NCBI GenBank assembly: GCA_965198065.1
Contig: CBDAON010000004.1
Span: 1 to 64,000, forward strand
Direction of reading: 5' to 3'
DNA length: 64,000 nt
From: Longimicrobiales bacterium
GTDB lineage: Bacteria; Gemmatimonadota; Gemmatimonadetes; Longimicrobiales; Gaopeijiaceae
Shown here piece after piece: positions 1 through 8,845 of this stretch (its first letter is position 1; every line of letters begins with the position of its first letter). Below the pieces are notes generated by a model, which did not search any database, was not told the origin of the DNA, and saw only the letters and a program-made list of their open reading frames with translations. The position numbers and the translations under genes are program-made.

Positions 1-537
1 GCCAGCCTCGCGACCCTCGGAGGGAGCGACGTAGACAGCGCTGATTCTCGAACCGGCATCAAAGTTCGGGCATCGGCTATCCTGCCACTTACGACCAGCC
101 TTGGTTTGCAGCTTGGGGCTGCCTATGCAGCAAAGGGCGCGACCGAGCAGGAAGATGGTGTGGATTTGGCGTTTGATCTCGACTACCTGGAGATACCCCT
201 GCTTCTGAGGCTCAGCCCTGCCGTCGCGGGCACCCTATCGCCGCACTTCACCATCGGCCCGACACTCTCCTTTCGGGTGGCCTGCAACGTGAGCGGAAAG
301 GCAGAGGGCTTTGAGATTTCAGTTGACTGCGATGATGCAGAATTTGCGGACTTGAGCTTGAAGACGATTGACTTTGGGGCAGTGGCCGGTGCCGGTCTAG
401 ACATCGCAACGCCGGGTTCCCTGTCCGTGTCGTTGGATGTCCTCTACAACTTTGGTCTGGCGTCCATCTCCGAGTCGGACGATGTGAAGAATCGCGCGTT
501 CTCGATCCTAGCGGGCATCACGTTCCCCATAGGATAG
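1..537 (+). CDS. Outer-membrane beta-barrel protein (PorT/OmpA-like barrel), 5' end outside window
   Basis: Frame is open from base 1. Amphipathic strands, LDYLEIPLLL motif and C-terminal ...AGITFPIG are typical of this porin family. Confidence 0.75.
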   Translation, partial: ASLATLGGSDVDSADSRTGIKVRASAILPLTTSLGLQLGAAYAAKGATEQEDGVDLAFDLDYLEIPLLLRLSPAVAGTLSPHFTIGPTLSFRVACNVSGKAEGFEISVDCDDAEFADLSLKTIDFGAVAGAGLDIATPGSLSVSLDVLYNFGLASISESDDVKNRAFSILAGITFPIG

Positions 538-1260
538 CAACCGAGTTCGAAACACAACCACGCCGTGTCGAACGGGCGAGCTGACGGTCGAGCTTACGAA
601 TGAGGCGCGACTAGGGCCACGACGATTGAGATGAGCCACTTCCGTCCCGTTTTCATTGAGCACTCCCCATTTGGCATTTGGGGCCTTGACACCCGGGACG
701 TGGTAGTGCCGGGCCGTTTGTCGCCATGACCCGTTCTCCCGTCCGCATAACCCCCTTAACTGCCTCTTATGACTGCATAACTTGCGAGCCACTGAGCGCG
801 TGTCAATATCGGAAACGGCTACTTATGGTAGTCGGTAAGTAACCGTTAACACCATCAAATTGTTGGACTTCGGTGGCTCCCTAACTCCGCTCCCCACGAG
901 CGCGGGCCACCGCTATCCGGCGGCACCAACACACACGGCAGGAGAATGCAGGGATGCGGTGGACCCCGGCGTTGACAACACGAGTGTGTGGAGTGTCTAT
1001 GGTAGGTTTGCTCGATGGCTGGCCGAGGGCTGATCGCCCGTGGCACGGCCTGGCAAACCGCACGACTCGCCCAGGTGCGCTTCCGATGAGAAGCCGACCC
1101 CTCACGCCACCACTGGGATGTGCAAGACACATCAGGGGTTGATGCACATATGGCCCCAGTCGTGATGTGCAGAAGCAGGGCTCGCTATCCTATTGGGGCT
1201 GCGGCAGTTGCGCGCGGCGGCGCCCGCCCGGAGACCGCGAACGGGACAGCGCGCGGGTTA

Positions 1261-1354
1261 AGGGGAGCGACCCCCGGATTCGATGCCTCGATCGGCATCG
1301 CGGAGGGTTGGCATGTGCACACCCATGCCACCCTCCGCCGGGGGTCGCTCCCCT
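1261..1354. other. Predicted three-way-junction structured element
   Basis: Perfect 17-bp inverted repeat (AGGGGAGCGACCCCCGG 1261-1277 / CCGGGGGTCGCTCCCCT 1338-1354) encloses two adjacent hairpins (CGATGCC/GGCATCG and CGGAGGGtTGGCATG/CATGCCACCCTCCG). Confidence 0.6.
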
Positions 1355-1509
1355 CCAGCAATCCCTAGCGGGAAGGCCATCAAGCGCCGCTGCGAGCGCG
1401 GCGTATCAACGAATCCGGCCGCCGGTCGCGGCTTTTCACCAGCTAGGTGGCTCGGCAAGTCGTCCCAGTGAGGTCGGCGTCGGCGCTCGACCAAGCCCGA
1501 AACTGCCCC

Positions 1510-1620
1510 GAGGTGGTTGAGGTTGCCGCCGATGCGCGCGACCTGCCGGCCGCGCTCGCACGCAAAGCGGCCGCCGGGGCAGTCCAGGTCCGCGTGCGCG
1601 CCATGGCCTGCCGGAGCGCG
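1510..1620 (-). pseudogene. mobC: MobC-family relaxosome accessory protein remnant (frameshifted, truncated)
   Basis: LRQAMARTRTWTAPAAA in one frame, then RQVARIGGNLNHL in another, matching the MobC motif RIGNNLNQ. Adjacent to the oriT-like sequence. Confidence 0.65.
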
Positions 1621-1627
1621 GGCGTCC

Positions 1628-1728
1628 AGGGGATCGAAGGGGGCGGAGCCACCCTCGCCAGCCCCTGCCGGGGACCCGCGAAGCGTGGCCACAAAGGGTA
1701 GGCTGGCTTAGGCACCGCTTAGGCACCG
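1628..1728 (+). promoter_or_regulatory. Putative ColE1/MOB-HEN-type origin of transfer (oriT)
   Basis: GGGATCGAAGGGGGCGGAGCCACCCTCG block followed by CTGGCTTA at 1703-1710 (ColE1 nic is CTGG^CTTA). The mobC remnant lies on the opposite strand upstream, as in ColE1. Confidence 0.55.
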
Positions 1729-1804
1729 TAAGGTGTTCTCAGCCAGCTCTGCGGACGCCTCCGAAACGCCTCTCCGGGCACCGCCCGGAGCAGCGGGCCA
1801 AGGT

Positions 1805-3041
1805 CTATCTCTCGCCCGCGAGATAGGCCGCCCAATCGTCCATCAGCCGGCGCCTGCGCTCGAAGAGGTCCGAACGCGCATAGGCCGCTTCCACCTTGTT
1901 GCGAACCGCATGGGCCAACGCGGCCTCGGCGACCTCACGCGGTGCGTTGGAACACTCGCCGCACCAGTCCCTGAAGCTCGAACGAAAGCCGTGCGGCACA
2001 GCCGCGATACCCAGGTCTCGAAGTAGCGTGGAGAGTCTGCTGCCGGGAAATGCGCGGCCCTCCGACGACGGGGAAAACCAGACCGCTGCTGCCGCCGAGC
2101 GTCCGCGCCTCCTCGAGGATCTCCATGGCGCGCCCGGACAGCGGCACCCTGTGCGGGCGATGGGCTTTCGTGCGTTCGGCGGGAACCGTCCACTCCCGAG
2201 CCTCCAGGTCGATTTCATCCCACTGTGCCAAGCGAACCTCTCCCGAGCGGGCCGCCGTCAACACCAGGAACTCGAAGGCGAGTTTCGTGGCCGGGTAAGC
2301 GTGCGACTTCCGCACCATCTCCATCGCGCCCGCGACCTTCGAGTGAGGCAACGCGCGCATGTGCCGGATTACGGCTTGCTGTCGGCCAAGCGCTTGACCG
2401 AGCACATCGCTGGCGGGGTTGTCCGGCCGAAGCCCCATCGCCACCGCCCACTTCATCACCGCCCCGATGCGCTGGCGCACCCGCCGGGCCGTCACCTGCT
2501 TGTCGTGCCAGATCGGTGTCAGAACCGCCAGAACGTCGGCTGTCGTTATCTCGCCGACCGGTCGATTGCCCAGCTGTGGGAATGCATAGACGCGCAGGCT
2601 CGAGACCCAGTCCTGCGCATGCCTGGGGCTGCGCCAGCCCGGCCGAAGCTGTTCCAGAACACGGGCGGCCGCCTCGGCGAACGTGGGCATGTCCCGGACC
2701 TTGTATCGCTCGGTACGCGGATCGCCGCCCGAGCGCGCGATCTTGCGGTTCATGAATGCCTTCTCGCGCGCCTCGGCCAGCGATACCAGCTGGTAGCCCC
2801 CGAGCCCCAGCGTGCGGTTTCGACCCTGGATCCGCAGACGCTGCTCCCATCGGCGCGCGCCGGATCGGTCCACGCGCAGATAGAGGCCGTTCCCATCGCA
2901 GTAGTATCCGGGCTTGGCGCTGCGCACGAAGGCCGCGCTGAGTGCGTTGTGCGGCCGCCTGCCTCGGTGTTTGGGCAAATCCAATTCGGGAGTCCCCGTA
3001 TAAAGTATCGTATGTTGTATACGGGAACATAGTGGACACAC
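1805..3041 (-). pseudogene. P4-type tyrosine integrase with one frameshift near 2070
   Basis: Arm-binding domain (DGNGLYLRV...LGLGGY..VSLAEARE) and catalytic LTAARSGEV are in frame 1935..3041. HGFRSSFRDW, LAH and AAY are in frame 1805..2218. One extra base in the GGGG run at 2070-2073 separates them. Confidence 0.85.
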
Positions 3042-3088
3042 AGCGACACTGCAACCGGGAGTATCCTACATAACTCACTGTGGTAACT

Positions 3089-3763
3089 CTAGTTATATGA
3101 TATTACTAGACATGTATGGATCGTATTGGAATCTATGTGTAGCAGACGGTTGATCAGCTCGGAGAGGAGACGGGAAGCTTCGGCGGGCTCGAGCATCTCG
3201 ATCGGCGTGTGCTCCTCCACGAGCGCCCGGCCCGCGTCCACCGTCGAGCGAAAGCGGGCAGCGGCGGCCTCGATCTCGGACCGCAGGTAGGTGGGCGCGC
3301 CCCCTCGGCGGCGCTTCCACCACTGCCTGAGCCGGGAGGCGCTACCCGATGTGGGCCCGTCTGCCACCGTCCGGAGACGGGGATCGTGCGACCAGACCAG
3401 GTAGGCCCCGAGCTGCTGCACCCGCCCGGCCAGAAACGCACTCCGCTTACGCTGCGAGACCGCTACGATGCCGGAACCCTCGTCGTCCGCGGCCTCGGGC
3501 GAGGCCGGGCGCCGGAGTAGATAGAAGTAGAGGCGCGTGTCGGCGTCCAACCCCGAAAGCAGACGCTGCCAGCGGCCCAGCACGCGGTCGATCTGCTCGG
3601 GCGAACGCCCATCGACCACCGCAGGCTCCAGCCGTCCGGCCGCGATCAACTCGCCGGACCGGGTCAGGCACGTGCGGCCGTCCTCGAGCCAACCCCAGTA
3701 GGGCAGCTCCTCGGCCAGCGAGCCGGCCGCCTCGTGGTCTCTGAGCTCAGCGGCGATCCTCAC
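3089..3763 (-). pseudogene. virB4: VirB4/TrbE conjugative ATPase, N-terminal part only (truncated near 3150)
   Basis: GTG start overlaps the virB3 stop. LAEELPYWGW...TCLTRSGELI N-terminus. Coding character stops at ELINR and runs into AT-rich integrase-end sequence; no Walker motifs. Confidence 0.75.
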
Positions 3764-4062
3764 CGCCCGCTCCGGATCACGAGATGCCACGGCTCTTCGG
3801 CCCACTTGCCCGGGTCGAAACGCGACGGGTAGCGCGTCCCGGCGCGGAGCACGCCAAGCATGTCCGGGTCCTTGCGGCCGGCCAGCCATCCGGCCCCAAA
3901 GCCGACCGCGAACACCACGCCGCCCGTCACGAGCGAAGCCGTCGCGTTCCACATCGCGAGCCCGAGCGTGGCGACGAGGAGAAACCCCCTACGCTCCACG
4001 CCCAGGATCGTCAGCGGACGGTTCAGCGCCGCATAGCCGGCCCAGCGCCTCAGACCCCTCAT
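3760..4062 (-). CDS. virB3: VirB3/TrbD type IV secretion protein
   Basis: ALNRPLTILGVER motif, two hydrophobic segments and KDPDM; lies between the pilin and virB4. Confidence 0.85.
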   Translation of the reverse strand: MRGLRRWAGYAALNRPLTILGVERRGFLLVATLGLAMWNATASLVTGGVVFAVGFGAGWLAGRKDPDMLGVLRAGTRYPSRFDPGKWAEEPWHLVIRSGR

Positions 4063-4355
4063 CAGAACAGCCAGGCCAGGAAGTTGGCCGCGCCCATCGC
4101 CATCCCGAGACCGAAGATGATCCCGGCTAGCGTACGCTTGCTCCCACCCTCGCCGAACGCGAACATCAGCCCGCCCACCACGATCGCGATCAGCGAGAGC
4201 CCCCGAGCGATCGGACCCGTGAACTGCGCCTGTAGCTCGTTCACCGCCTCCACCCACGGGCTCGTCCCCTGCGCCCACAGCACCCCGGGGGACAGCAACC
4301 ACAGCGCTACCGTGGCCCAGGCCGCCGCTCGTACCGTCCTAATGAAAGGTTGCAT
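4062..4355 (-). CDS. virB2: VirB2/TrbC pilin
   Basis: Signal peptide, then SPW...FTGPIARGLSLIAIVVGGLMFAFGEGG, typical of TrbC/VirB2. Confidence 0.88.
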   Translation of the reverse strand: MQPFIRTVRAAAWATVALWLLSPGVLWAQGTSPWVEAVNELQAQFTGPIARGLSLIAIVVGGLMFAFGEGGSKRTLAGIIFGLGMAMGAANFLAWLF

Positions 4356-4390
4356 CGTCTGCTCCTTGGTCTCTCGCTGGGATGCGCCGA

Positions 4391-4882
4391 TCACTCGGCT
4401 TTGCCGCGGCTCAACGCGATCTGCTTGCGGATCCACTCATCCACCTCCTCCTCGATCCAGCCGACAGCGCGCGCGCCTAGCTGGACGGGTCTGGGGAAGG
4501 ACCCCTCGGCCAGCCGCACGTAGATCGTGCTCCGCCCGAGCCCCGTGCGAGCTTGCACGGCCGGGAGCCGCACGATGCGGATCGGCACCTCCATTTCCTG
4601 CACCATGGTTCTCGTCATCTCTCTGCCTCTCCGTTCTCTCTGGGATGAATCCCGGAGCCGGTCGCTCCGGGAGGAAACAGGGTCCACACCGGCCTCGTCG
4701 AAGCCTTCCATGAACGCCAGGAGCTGATCGACCGTCGCGAGCGTCGGGGAGCGGCCATGGCGTAGCTGACGCACCAGGTTCGGATCGCCAACCGCCTGGC
4801 GGCCAAGCGTCGCCGGCGCCACTCCCGTGCGCTCGAGGAACGCATCCACTCGCGCCATGAAATGCTCCGTCAACGTCTCCAT
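4391..4882 (-). CDS. Cro-like HTH fused to AlpA-family regulator/excisionase
   Basis: C-terminal IVRLPAVQARTGLGRSTIY...FPRPVQLGARAVGW is AlpA. N-terminal FLERTGVAPATLGRQAVGDPNLV..LR.GRSP is a Cro-like HTH. Confidence 0.8.
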   Translation of the reverse strand: METLTEHFMARVDAFLERTGVAPATLGRQAVGDPNLVRQLRHGRSPTLATVDQLLAFMEGFDEAGVDPVSSRSDRLRDSSQRERRGREMTRTMVQEMEVPIRIVRLPAVQARTGLGRSTIYVRLAEGSFPRPVQLGARAVGWIEEEVDEWIRKQIALSRGKAE

Positions 4883-5170
4883 GCGGGGGACGGTGAAGGC
4901 ACTTGCGCAACTACGTCAATCCGTAGGATTTAACCGACGTTCTTAGTGGATCTATTGGAATTGAAGTGGAACAGCGGCCTCTCCGACCGCTCCGCCAGCG
5001 GGGCGTCGAGCGGGTCGGGGAGCCGCTGGAACGTGGGGAGCATGGGCCCGGATCAGGCCTAGCTTATGATTGACTAGAACCTGTTCAACCAATCGGCACG
5101 CACCTGATCCTGCCTGACCCCGACGGGAAGCCCAGGCGGGCGATTCTGTGCCATGGAAAGCCAGCCACCG

Positions 5171-5260
5171 GTCATCCGCCAGGAATTGCGGGTTCCGTCG
5201 GAGGACTTGCGAATGATCTAGTGGATGGGGATACAATGGAGCCGATCCTCTTGAGCGGTG
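5171..5260 (+). pseudogene. Remnant of S24-peptidase (CI/LexA-like) repressor
   Basis: VIRQELRVPSEDLRMI, then a stop/frameshift, then VDGDTMEPILLSG, resembling the S24 motif V.GDSMEP.L..GD. Divergent from the cro/alpA gene. Confidence 0.5.
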
Positions 5261-5555
5261 CCCGGGTACCGGGTGCTGCCCGCTTGAAACCCGCGCGGAG
5301 GCAACCTTCCGTCACGCGCCTTGAACCGGTGTCAGTATCACGGGGCCACTCCACCGGCCCCGTTGTGCGCTGCAAGCGCCGTCAGAGTCTGACCGTACTC
5401 GCTCCGGCAGATGGCCGTCGTTTTCTACGGTGTCGTGCGCAGCACCGCCACAAGCCCTCAAGGCCGGGCCTCTCTCAGTCGGCGTCGTGTCTCTTCCGGA
5501 CTGATGGCGTTATGATGATCTAGAACTCCACTCGGCTGGCGGACAGATTCGAGCG

Positions 5556-6002
5556 ATGGACACCTGTACCACGGAACAGCGTCGGCGCATCATGCAGGCG
5601 GTCAAGAGCAGGGATACCGCGCCCGAAATGATCGTCCGTCGGCTCTTGCACAGCATGGGCTACAGGTACCGGCTCCATCGGAAGGACCTGCCGGGGAGGC
5701 CCGATGTCGCCCTTCTGTCGCGGCGCAAGGCCATCTTCGTTCACGGGTGCTTCTGGCACGGCCACCGCTGCCCCAAAGGGCGTCTGCCGAAAACACGCTT
5801 AGACTATTGGGAGCCGAAGCTTGCCGAAAACAGGACACGGGATAGAAAGAAAGAGGACCAGTTGCGTTCACTGGGGTGGAGTGTGCTGGTGATATGGGAA
5901 TGTCAGACCGCTGACCTCAAAGCCCTGTCCCTACGACTACGAAGTTTTCTGGGTAACGGGGAAACACGATGTGCAACCCCGAGCCGTGAAATATTAACGT
6001 GA
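5556..6002 (+). CDS. vsr: Very short patch repair endonuclease
   Basis: RRRIMQAVKSRDTAPE, LPGRPD, FVHGCFWHGH and GWSVLVIWEC motifs. Confidence 0.95.
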   Translation: MDTCTTEQRRRIMQAVKSRDTAPEMIVRRLLHSMGYRYRLHRKDLPGRPDVALLSRRKAIFVHGCFWHGHRCPKGRLPKTRLDYWEPKLAENRTRDRKKEDQLRSLGWSVLVIWECQTADLKALSLRLRSFLGNGETRCATPSREILT

Positions 6003-6361
6003 CTACGCCGTCCTCTGGGTCCCTATCTAGATCGGAGGTCAAGGCACTGGAGGCTGAGTACCATCAACGTTGTACGGTCCTCACCGACCGGTTGTGCGAT
6101 CTCCTGGGGGCGCCACGCTCTATCTTTCTGAGAATGATCTCCGAACACGGTGCGGTAGAGGCGACAAAGCGGATCGTTCATAGTGACAAGCCGTCCACCA
6201 CATTTGCAGACCTCTATATGCGAGGTCGGGGTGCGCGGTACCTGCACTTGACCGTCGAGGCTGTCATCATAACAGAGCGAAAGTGGGACCCACTCTTCAC
6301 TGATGCAGACCGTAACGCCGCCGAGACACGGCTGCATCAACATGGGTGGTCGCACACCTGA
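5999..6361 (+). CDS. Hypothetical 120-aa protein, coupled to vsr
   Basis: GTGA overlap with the vsr stop. The FLRMISEHGAVEATKR...LTVEA...LFT pattern resembles a domain I recall near or fused to restriction proteins (not verified). Confidence 0.65.
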   Translation: MTTPSSGSLSRSEVKALEAEYHQRCTVLTDRLCDLLGAPRSIFLRMISEHGAVEATKRIVHSDKPSTTFADLYMRGRGARYLHLTVEAVIITERKWDPLFTDADRNAAETRLHQHGWSHT

Positions 6362-6589
6362 GGCAGAGCCGAAGCGATCACCAGCACGCATCACATGATC
6401 ATGTCAATCTTAAGTTTCTCCAGTCCTAGCCGAGCGACACAACCGTCTACATGGCAGACCGATGCCTACCCTAGAAGCCATTCCGCACGTGTAACACCAT
6501 TGGTATAGGCCAGCAGTGTTTTCAAACTTCCCTCGATTTCGTGGTCTCTCTAGTGACTCCACCCTTTCAGAAGTGAACCGCGACACAAT

Positions 6590-8845
6590 ATGCTTAGCAC
6601 GAATTTCGTTGTAGATGCCGCAGTCCTCCAAGAGTTAGGAGAGCGCTTGATCGGTCGGCCCGACATCGCACTTGGAGAACTCGCCAAGAATTCTTTCGAT
6701 GCTGACGCTACGATTTGTAGGATTGAATTTACTGATGACCACATCGTGATTTCAGACAACGGCACAGGAATGTCTCGCCACATGTTTTTGACACACTGGA
6801 TGAGACTCTTCACTACTCACAAAATTGACCAGGCCATATCTCCCAAACTAGGACGCCCTTTGACCGGCTCTAAAGGTATTGGTCGCCTATCCGCTCAATT
6901 CCTTTCCCACGAAATGACTCTCGAAAGTACCTCCGAGGACAACCCCGATGAGTCGCTATACGCGATGGTAGATTGGCGTCATGCACGACGAACTGCGGAC
7001 CTAGATACCGTACAAGTCCTGTGGGAAGTCAAATCCACAACGTGCACCTATCCCGGAAATAGTCGGTCAGGAACCCGTATCACACTAAATCTGCTGAAAT
7101 CCACTTGGGATACCGAAGATATACGAGACCTTGGGAACAATCTGTGGTTGCTTCGTTCCCCTTTTAAGCGACTACAATACAAGTCGCCAATCACCGCTAC
7201 TAATCAGTTCGAGATAGAATTAAATGCTCCAACTATATCTGGTGCAAAGGCAGCGTTTGATGAGACTATTGACAACGTCCTCGCAAATTGGCAGGCGCGG
7301 ATTGAAGGGACACTGGAACATGGACGCTCCGGACACTCTGCTACTATTCACTTAGAGTTTCGACCTGATTATCCATCAGGATCTGAGAAATCCAGAAAAT
7401 TCAAGGAAAGAGTGGTGTTCCCGGTAGCAACATCCGACAAACCTCTACATCCACTGGTGGATACAGTCAGGTTCCAGATTCTCGTCTATCAAGCGAAAGG
7501 CAGGCAGCCGCATAGTATCTCAGTAGGTGACCTGCGGAGTTATCTTGTCAATTTTGGCAACGTTTCCGTGTACGACGCCGGTTTCAGGCTTCCATACTAT
7601 GGCTCCGGTGGGGACAAATCGGGACAAGACTGGCTCGGAGTAACGGCGGATCAAGGACGTCGGCTCAGCACATCGCCTCTTCTCCCGGAACGTCTCCAGT
7701 CGGGCGGCAGGTACATGCTGGATCTACCCTCCCCTAGGCGGCTCATAGGTGCAGTAGAAATCGATACGAATCATGAGAGGACGGCTGCTGTCCGCAGCGG
7801 TGACGACACGCAACCACGGCTTGAAATCCAGCCCGGGCGGGATCGTTTGAAAGCGAATGAAGCGTTTGCACAGCTCCGCGACCTTGTTCGCTACTCGCTC
7901 GACTTCTATGCGAGCCGTTTTCGAATGCTTGCACTCACCGCCGCCGAGGCGACAACGAAGGACACAAATGCCACGACAGAGATCGGCAGGGCAATTCAGG
8001 CCCTTGAACGGAGTAAAGACGAGATTCCACAGCCTGTTGTCCGAGAAATACGCCGTCACCTTAATCGGGCCCGGACGACCAGCCGTGCCACCAAGGATGC
8101 GGCCGATAGCCGGGCTGTACTGTTGGCGCCCCTGGCGGCGGCTGGAATGGCAGCGATTGCCCTCAGGCACGAGCTGATCCGCGAGAATCGCTCTTTGGGA
8201 CGAGTAATCAGTAGGATTCTGCAGGTCGCTGAGGAAAAGTCTCTCCCAGAACTTCGGGATAGTGCGCATAATCTAGCGGAATATCAGCGACGTGTGGATG
8301 CCTTGGATGAATTGTTCGCACCGCTTCTATACAACGAAGACAGGGAGGCAACGGATCGTCTCAAAGTTCGTGCCGTAGTCGAACAGTCGCTCCGAGGGAT
8401 GAAGCCGCTGATGCCTGGAGTGCGTTTCAACGATACGGTCACTATCCCAGAAGATCTTCTTTTCCCTAGAGGATCACTCGCGGAATGGAACGCAATTCTA
8501 CAGAACGTGTTGGCAAACGCATGGAACGCGATGTTGGATAGTGACAAAGCTCATATGTCCTTCGTGGGAGCTGGAGATAAACGTGGCAACAGATGGCTTC
8601 GCATTAGCGATACTGGACAAGGACTCGACCTCCCAATTGAGGACACGCACAAGCTATTCGATCCATTTGAGCGTAGAATCAACATCGGTGCAGACAAACA
8701 GTCGATTGCCATTGGAGGACAAGGTTTGGGTTTGGCGATAGTTAGAATGATCGCTCACCGTCGTGCCACACGCGCTGGCTTTGTACGCCCGCAGGCCGGA
8801 TACTCAACTACATTCGAGTTGTCGTGGCGAGGAGGACGCCGATGA
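6590..8845 (+). CDS. GHKL (MORC/HSP90-like) ATPase fused to a histidine kinase module
   Basis: N-terminal ELAKNSFDADA, ISDNGTGM, GSKGIGRLS, GTRITL. C-terminal H-box ALRHEL, N-box QNVLANAWNA, G1 ISDTGQG, F-box LFDPFE, G2 GQGLGLAIV. Confidence 0.9.
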   Translation: MLSTNFVVDAAVLQELGERLIGRPDIALGELAKNSFDADATICRIEFTDDHIVISDNGTGMSRHMFLTHWMRLFTTHKIDQAISPKLGRPLTGSKGIGRLSAQFLSHEMTLESTSEDNPDESLYAMVDWRHARRTADLDTVQVLWEVKSTTCTYPGNSRSGTRITLNLLKSTWDTEDIRDLGNNLWLLRSPFKRLQYKSPITATNQFEIELNAPTISGAKAAFDETIDNVLANWQARIEGTLEHGRSGHSATIHLEFRPDYPSGSEKSRKFKERVVFPVATSDKPLHPLVDTVRFQILVYQAKGRQPHSISVGDLRSYLVNFGNVSVYDAGFRLPYYGSGGDKSGQDWLGVTADQGRRLSTSPLLPERLQSGGRYMLDLPSPRRLIGAVEIDTNHERTAAVRSGDDTQPRLEIQPGRDRLKANEAFAQLRDLVRYSLDFYASRFRMLALTAAEATTKDTNATTEIGRAIQALERSKDEIPQPVVREIRRHLNRARTTSRATKDAADSRAVLLAPLAAAGMAAIALRHELIRENRSLGRVISRILQVAEEKSLPELRDSAHNLAEYQRRVDALDELFAPLLYNEDREATDRLKVRAVVEQSLRGMKPLMPGVRFNDTVTIPEDLLFPRGSLAEWNAILQNVLANAWNAMLDSDKAHMSFVGAGDKRGNRWLRISDTGQGLDLPIEDTHKLFDPFERRINIGADKQSIAIGGQGLGLAIVRMIAHRRATRAGFVRPQAGYSTTFELSWRGGRR

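Noticed and set aside
2060..2080. Programmed frameshift in integrase 1 (and in the BNR gene at about 31446)
   Set aside because: Both are single extra bases in short G/C runs with no stimulatory signal. Mutation or sequencing error is more likely, and they cannot be distinguished without reads.
1896..3032. 378-aa plus-strand ORF, and the similar 469-aa ORF at 13728-15137
   Set aside because: These are antisense shadows of the two integrases. Their mutual similarity only reflects the paralogous genes on the other strand.
6393..6404. 12-bp palindrome ACATGATCATGT upstream of the kinase operon as an operator
   Set aside because: Single occurrence with no cognate regulator identified; plausible by chance.
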